Source: a virus
Lineage: Duplodnaviria > Caudoviricetes
DNA: 53,307 nucleotides
Virus record (IMG/VR): IMGVR_UViG_3300048855_000082
Location: 1 to 53,307 of that record
Strand: one strand, 5' to 3'
Within the stretch, counting starts at the first letter, position 1, and each line of letters starts with the position of its first letter. Positions 1 through 8,593 of this stretch are shown here, piece by piece. Below the pieces are notes generated by a model, which did no database searches, was not told the DNA's origin, and was given only the letters and a program-made list of their open reading frames with translations. A program made the translations under genes and the position numbers.

Positions 1-64
1 AAAATCAACAAGTCACGCAAAAGTCACTCGCATGAAAAAGGCCAATGCTGAGAACATTGGCCTA

Positions 65-127
65 AGTCATTGAAATATATGGTCGGGACGGAGTGATTCG
101 AACACTCGACCCCTAGCACCCCATGCT
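65..127. repeat. Left attachment site (duplicated 3' part of tRNA-Pro)
   Basis: agtcattgaaatatatggtcgggacgg...cctagcaccccatgct identical to 53178-53240; IHF-like site (rc AATCAACAGCTTG) at 140-152. Confidence 0.95.
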
Positions 128-477
128 TGACGATATTCGCAAGCTGTTGATTTTATAAGAACTTTTCAGGCGCTCGCTGCAATCGATGCCGTACTGATCC
201 GCACTAAACACAGCCCATCCCCGAAAATCCCCCACCATTCCCCGAGTCGGGTCACGGAAGCTGACGCCGCGCCCTACTGGATTTCAAGACCGGTGGTGTA
301 AAACATCGAGGCGACACTTTGAGGGTTATTCGCGTTCCGATACCTGTTCAAAGCGGTGAGGGTGGAACCCACGTTACACGCGGCGCGCGGGGGTACATCG
401 GAACTGATTTGCCCCAATGTAACGCCACGCGGCCTTATAGAGAGCTGACTCGAAAATACCACCGGCATCCGCCCAGA

Positions 478-1596
478 CTACTTAGGCAACCGCACAGTAA
501 AGAGCGTCCCAGCCGAGCCTGATTCCACCTCAATTTTGCCTTTATGAGCTTCTACTATCTCTGCTGCAATATGCAGCCCTAGACCCAGCCCGCCCCCTGC
601 GGGCTGCCCAGATCCAACACCGGGAATGTATCGCTCCATCGGTTGAAATATTGTTGGGAGGACCTGCTCTGGAATTGGAGTACCTTGGTTATGGACGCTG
701 AAAACCACCTCAGTTTTTGCACATTCGAGGCACACCGAGACGGGTGACTCTTTGTCTCCATGGTGGACCGCATTGCTAATCAGATTCGAGAAAACCTGCT
801 CGATGCGGGGGGCGTCGAACTCTCCGACAGCCGCTTTACACGTGGCCGCGACAATCTCGGCGTTGGGGTGAAAGGTGCTGGCTTCATCGACGATCTGCTC
901 GCAGATAGGCACCAGGTCAACACGCTCAAGTCGCACCGGGATACCGTTGCCCAGATGAACCCTAGTAAAGTCCATGAGGTCAGCAACGATCCTATTTGCG
1001 CGGCTTACGCTTGAGTAAATTCGAGCTGATAGCTTTGTGACACGGCTTCCTAGGTCATCCGTCCGCAACAGCACATCTGAAGCAAGTAGTATGGCGCCGA
1101 GCGGCGTCCGCAGGTCGTGGCCGAGGATACCGAGGAAGATGTCGCGAGAGCTCTGGGCAGCGCGAGTGTAGCTTGCAACTGATTCAGCCAGAGCCTGATC
1201 GATTGCTTCATTAAAACGAAGCATGTCGCGTACGTGATACTCGGAGTCTTCCTGCGGCGTCGCCATCCAGTGCTTTAAAACGCTGGCCCTGAGAGCGCGG
1301 TACTCCGAAACCATCTGATCAATGGTGAAACCCGCCGAAAGGCGGGTGAGAGCATGGCATTCTGCTGCGGTATCCTCTGTGCTTCCCGGCGCCTTGCCGT
1401 GCGATTTATCAACCTGCTGCTGCTCGGTCTGCTCTGTTTCAAGATCCTCGGCGATGGTCTCTAGCATGAGGCTGGCGTGGTCCCGGAGCCCCGTGCTATC
1501 CATAGGTGGACCCGGGATATCCATGGTCCGAGCGAAATCCTCCCATTCTTGAAGGATCGATTCCATGTGCGTAGTGATAAATGCAGCCAACCGCAT
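478..1596 (-). CDS. Soluble sensor histidine kinase (RsbRD_N-like N-terminus, HisKA, HATPase_c)
   Basis: H-box ILGHDLRTPL, N-box FSNLISNAVHH, G-box GGGLGLGLHI; no TM segment. Confidence 0.92.
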   Translation of the reverse strand: MRLAAFITTHMESILQEWEDFARTMDIPGPPMDSTGLRDHASLMLETIAEDLETEQTEQQQVDKSHGKAPGSTEDTAAECHALTRLSAGFTIDQMVSEYRALRASVLKHWMATPQEDSEYHVRDMLRFNEAIDQALAESVASYTRAAQSSRDIFLGILGHDLRTPLGAILLASDVLLRTDDLGSRVTKLSARIYSSVSRANRIVADLMDFTRVHLGNGIPVRLERVDLVPICEQIVDEASTFHPNAEIVAATCKAAVGEFDAPRIEQVFSNLISNAVHHGDKESPVSVCLECAKTEVVFSVHNQGTPIPEQVLPTIFQPMERYIPGVGSGQPAGGGLGLGLHIAAEIVEAHKGKIEVESGSAGTLFTVRLPK

Positions 1597-2221
1597 TTCC
1601 GTTCTCCTAGACGTGGGCGAGGGAGGCTATGACGACTTCATGAATGCGGTCATGAGTACTAGCTCGTGTATTCCGGCGCAGCGTAACCGCCAGCTGACAC
1701 ATTAGTGTGGTCTGACGCTAGCCTGGCGTCTTAGTCACACCAAGCCCACTATGAGAGTAGTTCACAACCCGAAAGTTTTGAGGGAAAACTTGGGGAAATT
1801 CGATGGTGCGAATAAGGTGGCATTCTTGATGAGCCTGGTTTGCTTACAACTGGTCGAGACCCTACATGCAGGCAGAGGGCTTGAAATGCGTCCCGGACGA
1901 ATCTTACCGGCCGTGTTCACGCGCACTCCTTACGTCATGCAATCAATCGGGCGGAGCGGCTATCTCAAAGACTGCCTAACAAACGAAACTCAATAGGACG
2001 GGCATTAAACGACATACCAACACACCCATTTAGAGTATTTAATTATTCGTTTGAGTGAGACCTAGGGTAAATGCGCCCGATATTCGAAATAACTTGAACG
2101 TTCTCCCGGCTGACTCTTCTACTATTGGGTCCGGGTAACGCACCAACCTCGGTAGACTTTAGCCTGTTCGCAGGCCCTTTTTTCAAAGACATGAATAGGC
2201 TCGGTAGAGCCAAGGAAAGCC

Positions 2222-2413
2222 ATGCTCAACTGGATGCTCGAGAGCGGACGGCGCGCAGCCCCGGCTCGGAAATGCACACACTCTCTAGTCCGAAAGGGCT
2301 ATTACCTTGGCCTTGAAACGGAGGAATGGGTGTGTTTGGGTTGCGGAATGCGTGCCAAGACCCGCGAACGGCCACATCCGACGGAGGAGTCTGCTCAACG
2401 CGTTAATCCGTGA
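2222..2413 (+). CDS. Small hypothetical protein, possible Zn-ribbon
   Basis: RBS-like AAGGA before ATG; CTH...CLGCG pattern. Confidence 0.35.
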   Translation: MLNWMLESGRRAAPARKCTHSLVRKGYYLGLETEEWVCLGCGMRAKTRERPHPTEESAQRVNP

Positions 2414-2576
2414 GATTCGCCGGATTTTGGTTCAGTCACATACTCGGCTGGGACGATCGCAGCGGTGAGTAGCTGTTGAGATTAACGACTCCAAGCCTCC
2501 TAGGCCAAGCTGGTTTATGGACGCGCGAGAGATGAATGATAAGACCGGTATCTCCGCATACCGAAAGGGGGTGGTT

Positions 2577-2801
2577 ATGACGAGCGAACGGCATTATCAA
2601 ATTGAATATGTTCTTAAAGGTACAAGCAAAAGCTTCTACGTGCGAGCCGGTGCCATGAACAACGAGGAAGCTTGGCACTGGGCGACTGTCGATGCTGGTT
2701 TTGGAGAGATACCAAAATATCGGCGTGAGCCCGTAATAAAGCTATGTAAACCGAAAGCGGAGCGGTTCGGCATAACAGAAGTTAGATGGAAAGATGCCTG
2801 A
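2577..2801 (+). CDS. Small Pseudomonas protein (DUF6555-like)
   Basis: YQIEY...MNNEEAWHWATVDAG...KPKAERFGITEVRW resembles this family (recognised from memory); RBS before ATG 2577. Confidence 0.7.
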   Translation: MTSERHYQIEYVLKGTSKSFYVRAGAMNNEEAWHWATVDAGFGEIPKYRREPVIKLCKPKAERFGITEVRWKDA

Positions 2802-3097
2802 GTGCTGTGCTGTCGGTCCGAATCACCACCGCTTTAAATGCATCTGGCATGGATGCCTCGACGCTCGCACCATGCGCGCGAGTAAAGGCGAAGTGGACCC
2901 GAGCGCTCTCACACTTAAGCGAACTGCCTCACCCCTAGTCATAGCAGAGTTCGCAGCGGATAACCATGGGCTAACCGACCGCCGTCGGCGCTGCATCCAA
3001 TCGCCGTGGCTAGGCGATCTGTATAAATCGCGTGACGATTGCCTCGAGGCCGGTAGTCAGAATACCGGCTCTCGGGCTTCCTCATTAGGATTACCGA

Positions 3098-3340
3098 ATG
3101 CCCATGACTTCAGATCGTCTTGCGGAACGCGTCGAACCGCTGATCAGCTCTATCCGCACAGCGCCAAGTTCTGCATATGCAGAGCACTACGCGGTACTAG
3201 CCTTTAACTACATTGAGCAGTTACATCAACTTGACATTATCGGTGAAGCGCAATTTTATAGTTTGGTTATCGCCGTGAACGACGCGGCAGACGCTTGGAA
3301 ACCTAGCGTTGACCACGATGGCCGACTGCTGGATCACTGA
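3098..3340 (+). CDS. Small hypothetical protein
   Basis: AGGA RBS upstream; protein-like helical composition. Confidence 0.55.
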   Translation: MPMTSDRLAERVEPLISSIRTAPSSAYAEHYAVLAFNYIEQLHQLDIIGEAQFYSLVIAVNDAADAWKPSVDHDGRLLDH

Positions 3341-3415
3341 GCTCTTACCTTACTGCATCTTAAAGATACTGGGCCGTGCTTGTGCTCGAAAGCACCCTGC
3401 GATGAAGGAATCACC

Positions 3416-3628
3416 ATGGCTGTTCAAGGCAACATAGGGGTTGACTTCTTGATAGAGTGTGCCGAACGCTCTACCTCGGATAGTCAGCGCAGTGACATAT
3501 ATGCCGCGATAGCGGAGGCCGGCGGAGAGGCAGCACAGGACTACCTTGTACAGCTGGCTCGAAATGAAACATCAGAGACGAAAAAAGCAGTGCTGATCAA
3601 ATTGATTGGTAAAGCCAGCCGCAGATGA
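3416..3628 (+). CDS. Small helical (HEAT-like) hypothetical protein
   Basis: AAGGA RBS before ATG 3416; amphipathic helical pattern. Confidence 0.55.
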   Translation: MAVQGNIGVDFLIECAERSTSDSQRSDIYAAIAEAGGEAAQDYLVQLARNETSETKKAVLIKLIGKASRR

Positions 3629-3853
3629 CCTCTCCATGCTGTCGCTTCAACACCTGGTAGATTGAAGCCAGACGCGCGGGTATTAAGGCATGGGACTCGG
3701 TATAAGAACCGTTTAATCACTTTGTAATCAATGCTTTACCCATCAAAAAGACCTTCAAAAACCCCCTTCTTTTCGACACTTCTAAACTCAATAAACACTG
3801 GTCCAAACGGTTGCGTTTTGGGGGGCCATATTGGGATTTTTTCTCCGAAAACG

Positions 3854-3887
3854 AAAAAGCCCCGACTCGCGAGAGCCGGGGCTTTTT
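3854..3887. terminator. Bidirectional intrinsic terminator next to tRNA-Leu relic
   Basis: AAAAAGCCCCG-actcgcgagagc-CGGGGCTTTTT. Confidence 0.8.
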
Positions 3888-3890
3888 GTG

Positions 3891-3937
3891 TGGTGCGCAC
3901 GGAGAGAGTCGAGCCTTGCGGCGCTGGAACCTAAATC
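3891..3937 (-). pseudogene. Degenerate 3' half of tRNA-Leu(TAG); relic att core
   Basis: rc = GATTTAGGTTCCAGCGCCGCAAGGC-TCGACTCTCTCCGTGCGCACCA: TAG anticodon loop, long variable arm, CCA end, ~8-nt deletion in the T arm. Confidence 0.75.
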
Positions 3938-4538
3938 ATCCTCACCAACGGAAAGCACTTAACTATCAACAGCTTACGCCGCCCGCAAACGGTTACGCTG
4001 TCTCAAGAAGACGCGCAGTGTACACGCTGTGAAGCGGTGTGACTCACGTTTTGTTCACGTGCGCGTTTTCTCCTCTCCAGCGCTCTGCCGACGATCCCCC
4101 TTCTCCTTTAATAGCTGCGCAAGGCTGCATTAAATGCCGGCATGCGATGCCTCTCCTAGATTCAGCCAAACGACGCATCAGCGCGCGTGAGCATCTCGCC
4201 CAGTACCTCTGCGTTGAAGAGGGTTTGGCGATTGATGCTTCAGCATTGCCCGACCAGTAATCAAGGGCGATCTGTTGTAGCCCCGTCAAATCGACTACGT
4301 GGTGCCGGTTTTCGAGATCGTTATGGAAAGCTGGCGCACCGTCCCTTCAAGTGAATTCGCACTCCGAGGCTTTGGAGAGCCAAGGGTCTACGGACCGCAT
4401 TCGAGGCAGGGCGTTCGTCGAGCGGCTCACCGTCGGGCTGCGCGGAGTAAGGTGCCCCGCTATTGCGAAAAGCGTCGTTGAAAATGAATCTGCAGTTAAA
4501 GGCCCCCGAACCGACGAGGACTCATCATCGAGGATGTA

Positions 4539-4775
4539 TCAACGGTCATCATTTTGGTTGATCTTTACATCACGGCCTCCTTGAATAGCATTACCCGATT
4601 GGACTTTTTGGATTTGAGATGCACGAGGCTTAGCTGACTGTAAAAAAAACGACCCTGTCAACGAAACCAGCGCAGCGCCAAGACCAGCCCAAGAGTCAAA
4701 ACCGGGTTTTGAATAGACCCAACAAATGCACAGGCAAATCAAGAATAACGAAACAACTATCGCCAGACTTTTCAC
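4539..4775 (-). CDS. 78-aa two-TM protein with C-terminal amyloid-like motif (candidate membrane effector)
   Basis: GTG start with GAGG RBS, 10 nt after upstream stop; two hydrophobic segments; tail SQIQKVQSGNAIQGGRDVKIN. Confidence 0.8.
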   Translation of the reverse strand: MKSLAIVVSLFLICLCICWVYSKPGFDSWAGLGAALVSLTGSFFLQSAKPRASQIQKVQSGNAIQGGRDVKINQNDDR

Positions 4776-4785
4776 AAAACCTCAC

Positions 4786-5838
4786 TCAATTGATCCATGT
4801 AGAAAGATCAGCGAACTCGCCGACTGTCCGAGTTATATTAGCGTGACCGATGGCGATTCCCACGCTGGTAAGCACAAAACTACCAGCTGCAGAGCCGGAC
4901 CACCAGGTGAAGACATCGGCCATATATGGCCGTAGTTCGATAATTCTGTCCCTTACAGCTTCCGGAGGCATCAAGTTCCCTTTGAACATGTCCTTGATCT
5001 TACCCTGAATACTGGTTGAAACCGGATGAAGTTCAAAAAGACCACTAAGCACCTGATCATTCAATGCTTTAATCTGACATTTATTTGAGTCATTTAGACA
5101 CCTGATGAAAAAAGGGGGATGTATATACGTTTCAAAACCTATAGATTGGACGTCCTCATCACTTAACCCTTTTTGAAAAAGCCCAGGGTAATGCAGGGTA
5201 AATACTTCGCTCAGGTCCATCATCTGCATACTCCGAGACCCGCACCCAGTAAAAGCTAGGTGTTGGTATGCAGCCTCATTACCGCTTCTGTCTCCAATAA
5301 ACGGCATCACATGGCTGTCAAGGTAGATTCCGAAATCTTCGAAATCTGTAAAAGTCTGGTTTGCGGTATATCTGAATAGGTAGATTACTGCTAACGATGC
5401 CAGATGCTGCTTTGTCAGTTTCGGGGCAATAACAAGAGATTCATTTAGCACGATCTGCAGTATGTTTCGACCATCTTGCTTGCTTCGCTCCACCAGTAGA
5501 TCAACAAGAAGCCCCCCAAGATCTTCATCACCAGATTTGCCATACTCCTTTTGGACATTTAACAGAGAATACTGAAAGTCCGGGTCCACGGCTTTGTCTA
5601 ACCCGGCAGGATATTCGCTCGAAAGTTTAGAGAGAACGCGATCAGTGATCTCTTCCACCCTAGCACTCATGACCTCTCTTGCCTGACCAGCGAGCTCGAA
5701 GAAAGTAGCCTTCGCGACATCCTGCGCTATGCATCGAGCTTCGGCGTAGCTTAGGCCCATGTTTACGACAACATCGCCTCCCCCCTGGACGACATTACTA
5801 TGATCGCCCACCGTCTGCTTCTGTCCGTTGTCCAGCAT
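4786..5838 (-). CDS. LPO_1073/Vpar_1526-like protein (Abi-alpha/DUF2806-like core) with N-terminal amyloid-like motif
   Basis: GGAGG RBS; N-terminus QKQTVGDHSNVVQGGGDVVVN; core VDPDFQYSL...LLVDLLVERS, C-terminal LTSVGIAIG; AT-richer than phage core. Confidence 0.75.
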   Translation of the reverse strand: MLDNGQKQTVGDHSNVVQGGGDVVVNMGLSYAEARCIAQDVAKATFFELAGQAREVMSARVEEITDRVLSKLSSEYPAGLDKAVDPDFQYSLLNVQKEYGKSGDEDLGGLLVDLLVERSKQDGRNILQIVLNESLVIAPKLTKQHLASLAVIYLFRYTANQTFTDFEDFGIYLDSHVMPFIGDRSGNEAAYQHLAFTGCGSRSMQMMDLSEVFTLHYPGLFQKGLSDEDVQSIGFETYIHPPFFIRCLNDSNKCQIKALNDQVLSGLFELHPVSTSIQGKIKDMFKGNLMPPEAVRDRIIELRPYMADVFTWWSGSAAGSFVLTSVGIAIGHANITRTVGEFADLSTWIN

Positions 5839-6070
5839 GTTGCCTCCGATTCCGTTTTCGTTGAATCCCTTAATCCGTCTACTTGAAGCGTAAAAGGTGG
5901 GTCTTTGAAATTTTTTGTAAATGCGTCGCAGTGATTATTGGTAGCTGGCGGCATCGACTCTCCGAGCTCATTTCAACGCGCTTTTGTAGAGGATAGTCTA
6001 TCTCCAATGCAAGGCTTGCCCGCAACATCAGCGCCTGCTTTCACTTTGGTTAAGTGCTTGGGAGTCATGC

Positions 6071-6409
6071 TCAGTTCCTCCAGTGATCCCGAATGCTGTG
6101 GGTAACAACGCCCCAGATATCGAAATAGTCCCCTTCCATGATGTACCGGCCCGGGTACTTTCGGTTGGCCGAACGCAGCACCAGTTGTCGGCCCATGATG
6201 GAGAAGTACTTCACCAGCGGCTCCTGATTCACCACGCCGATGATGATCTGGCCGACCGTAGCTTCCATCCCCTTGTCGACGATCAGCAGATCGCCGCAGA
6301 AAATACCCGCCCCTTCCATGCTATCCCCCTGGACCTTGACCAAGTATGTGCCAGGCGCACGGATGTTCAAGACCTCGTCCAGGGAGATGTCCAAGTGGTC
6401 AGGAACCAT
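6071..6409 (-). CDS. UmuD/RulA-like S24 peptidase lacking the N-terminal cleavage arm
   Basis: ISLDEVLNIRAP...VQGDSM (catalytic Ser)...PLVKY (Lys)...IWGVVTHSI; start uncertain (6409 or 6421). Confidence 0.8.
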   Translation of the reverse strand: MVPDHLDISLDEVLNIRAPGTYLVKVQGDSMEGAGIFCGDLLIVDKGMEATVGQIIIGVVNQEPLVKYFSIMGRQLVLRSANRKYPGRYIMEGDYFDIWGVVTHSIRDHWRN

Positions 6410-6413
6410 ATCG

Positions 6414-6710
6414 TCATTCAAAGCGGCACCACCAGGACTGGAAGTAGAACGCCTCACCAACCTGCTCGATGCCGGAGACAATCAATCCCTGCGTACCCAT
6501 GCTCGTCACGTTGGCATCCAGCAGCCTTGGCAAAACATCCGGCGCGTGGCCGACGCTGTTCAAGATGAAAGCCTCCCGAGTGATCCGGCCAAGCGCGGAG
6601 CACTGAGATTCCACGATCTGCACATCACCTTTGAGCGGCGGGATCTTGCTTAGCTGGTCTTCCGGTAGGGCGACGCCCATCTGGCGGCGCGGAGTGATAA
6701 GGACGTACAT
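6414..6710 (-). CDS. SOS-box-preceded hypothetical protein
   Basis: 98-aa ORF abutting the umuD-like gene; LexA box just upstream. Confidence 0.7.
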   Translation of the reverse strand: MYVLITPRRQMGVALPEDQLSKIPPLKGDVQIVESQCSALGRITREAFILNSVGHAPDVLPRLLDANVTSMGTQGLIVSGIEQVGEAFYFQSWWCRFE

Positions 6711-6732
6711 GGGAATGCTTCGCTTGTTGACA

Positions 6733-6748
6733 CTGTATATGCGTACAG
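6733..6748. promoter_or_regulatory. LexA (SOS) box between divergent genes
   Basis: CTGTATATGCGTACAG = CTGT-N8-ACAG. Confidence 0.85.
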
Positions 6749-6808
6749 TTAACTAAGCGGTGCGGTTGCGGTCAACACTGTATAAGCCAATTTGCGACAG
6801 GTAACCCT

Positions 6809-7507
6809 ATGTGCGGACGCTACTCGATCTACGAGCCAATGGACCACTACCTCAAGGAGCTCGCGCCAGAGCAGTTGGTCATCAATGGGTACGATCTCTG
6901 GCCGATCGAGCGCTATAACGTCGCGCCGACGACTCGCGTGGAGATCATCAGGCCAACCGAGGAAGGATTGAGTGTAGACAAGGTGCGATGGGGATGGTCG
7001 CCATTTTGGGCGAAAGGTGAAGGGAAGCGCCCCGCCCCGATTAATGCCAGGGTCGAGACGGTGCTCGCGGGGAAGTACTTCAAGCAGCTCTGGCCCAAAG
7101 GCCGTGCCTTGGCTCCGGCCAACGGCTGGTTTGAATGGGTGAAAGACCCTAACGACTCGAAGCGAAAGCAGCCGTACTTCATCAGGCTAAAGGAGAAAGG
7201 CCCGATGTTTTTCGCCGCGCTCGCGGAAGTGCACCAGGGGCTTGAGCCCGACCCGCAGGACGGCTTCGTGATCATCACCGCCGACAGCGATCAGGGAATG
7301 GTCGACATCCACGACCGCCGCCCAGTCGTGCTGAGCCCCGAACACGCCCGGGAATGGGTGGATCCCGAGACGACGCCAGAGCGCGCCGCCGAGATCGCAA
7401 ACGAGTGCTGCAGGCCGACTGAGGAATTCACCTGGTTCGAGGTGAGCAAGGATGTAGGAAACGTGCGGAATCAGGGGCCACATCTGATCATCCGTAAGAA
7501 CTCATGA
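6809..7507 (+). CDS. SOS response-associated peptidase (SRAP/HMCES/YedK family)
   Basis: N-terminal MCGRY, RYNVAPT, INARVET, FEW, IHDRRPV motifs. Confidence 0.95.
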   Translation: MCGRYSIYEPMDHYLKELAPEQLVINGYDLWPIERYNVAPTTRVEIIRPTEEGLSVDKVRWGWSPFWAKGEGKRPAPINARVETVLAGKYFKQLWPKGRALAPANGWFEWVKDPNDSKRKQPYFIRLKEKGPMFFAALAEVHQGLEPDPQDGFVIITADSDQGMVDIHDRRPVVLSPEHAREWVDPETTPERAAEIANECCRPTEEFTWFEVSKDVGNVRNQGPHLIIRKNS

Positions 7508-8515
7508 AATCCGGCTCATAATCTTATGCCGAACGTTTTCAATGGGACGCTCGAGAGCATGGTGTATCAATCCGCCTGCTATGACAGAGATGATAGTCGC
7601 CGTGAGCACTCCCCATACACTATATGGCAGGTAATCGTAGACTTTTACGATAATTAGCCAATGCACAAGATAAATCGAATAGCTCCATTTTCCAATCAGA
7701 GTAAAGAGTCTTGACGACAAGATTCTGCCATAAAAGCCAGCGCCGCTTATCAGCGAAAGGGTAAAAACCGCGCAGCCAAAGCTAAGAAAAACAAACTTAT
7801 TTACTAAGTAATCACTTGGGACAATTCCGAATATCTTATATTGACAGTACGGACTAATTACCACAGCACTGACAAGCAGAACTGTGACCAACATGTCTAC
7901 CCGGTTCGCGTTGATCGAGGGCGATACGGCAGGCAATATCACTGCGGCGAATGTTCCTATTGTAAAACATGAAAAATACCAATAGACATCGGTCGTAATA
8001 GTTGGGGTGTACCAGTATGGCCATATGGCTTGTTGAAGGAGAATCATCAACACTCCGACAGCCACCGCGCACCCGTAGCCATAGCTATTGCGGCACCATA
8101 AAGCAACGAACGAAACCGCAGGCAAAAATAGGTAATACTTGAATTCAACTGGGATGGTCCATAGATGGCTATAGCCGCCTTGTAGGCTTAGGGCCATCCA
8201 CATATCAGCATCACTATTGATACCGGCGGTTCCGACGTACCGATACACGACTACAAACAGGATATATAGAGGCAATATCCTAAGTATGCGTCCGATCACG
8301 TACGAAGACAGCGCTTTAGGCTGAAAACCGTCTGCCTCGAACTTAGCAGTTAGCAGAAAAGCGCTTAAGACAAAAAATATCCATACACCCAGTTTCGGAA
8401 GACCTATGAGATATCCATGTAAGCCTTGGTACAGGAGAACCACGGAATGGAGGACGAGTACGATAAGACACGCGCAAGCCCTGATGCCATTCGCCCCTTG
8501 GAATCTACGTGCCAT
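7502..8515 (-). CDS. Acyltransferase-3 (OafA/Oac-like O-acetyltransferase)
   Basis: GIRACACLIVLVLH, GVWIFFVLSAFL, RILRILP, HLWTIPVEFKYY, SYSIYLVH; many TM segments; AT-rich; possible own extended -10 (TGcTATATT) upstream. Confidence 0.93.
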   Translation of the reverse strand: MARRFQGANGIRACACLIVLVLHSVVLLYQGLHGYLIGLPKLGVWIFFVLSAFLLTAKFEADGFQPKALSSYVIGRILRILPLYILFVVVYRYVGTAGINSDADMWMALSLQGGYSHLWTIPVEFKYYLFLPAVSFVALWCRNSYGYGCAVAVGVLMILLQQAIWPYWYTPTITTDVYWYFSCFTIGTFAAVILPAVSPSINANRVDMLVTVLLVSAVVISPYCQYKIFGIVPSDYLVNKFVFLSFGCAVFTLSLISGAGFYGRILSSRLFTLIGKWSYSIYLVHWLIIVKVYDYLPYSVWGVLTATIISVIAGGLIHHALERPIENVRHKIMSRIS

Positions 8516-8593
8516 ATTACCCCCCGATTTTGACGCGGGAATATAGCATCTTGCCTTCGCCGTAGCTGTAGGAGAGGCAGAATCAAAAGCAGC

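Noticed and set aside
1770-1930. GGGAAAACTTGGGGAAA arm-site-like sequence suggesting a further att relic
   Set aside because: No tRNA or core fragment identifiable nearby; too weak
4044-4530. Short ORFs between tRNA-Leu relic and the two-TM gene
   Set aside because: No RBS or motif support; possibly decayed sequence
6778-6793. Second LexA box before SRAP (CTGTATAAGCCAATTT)
   Set aside because: Only a half site; lacks the CAG end
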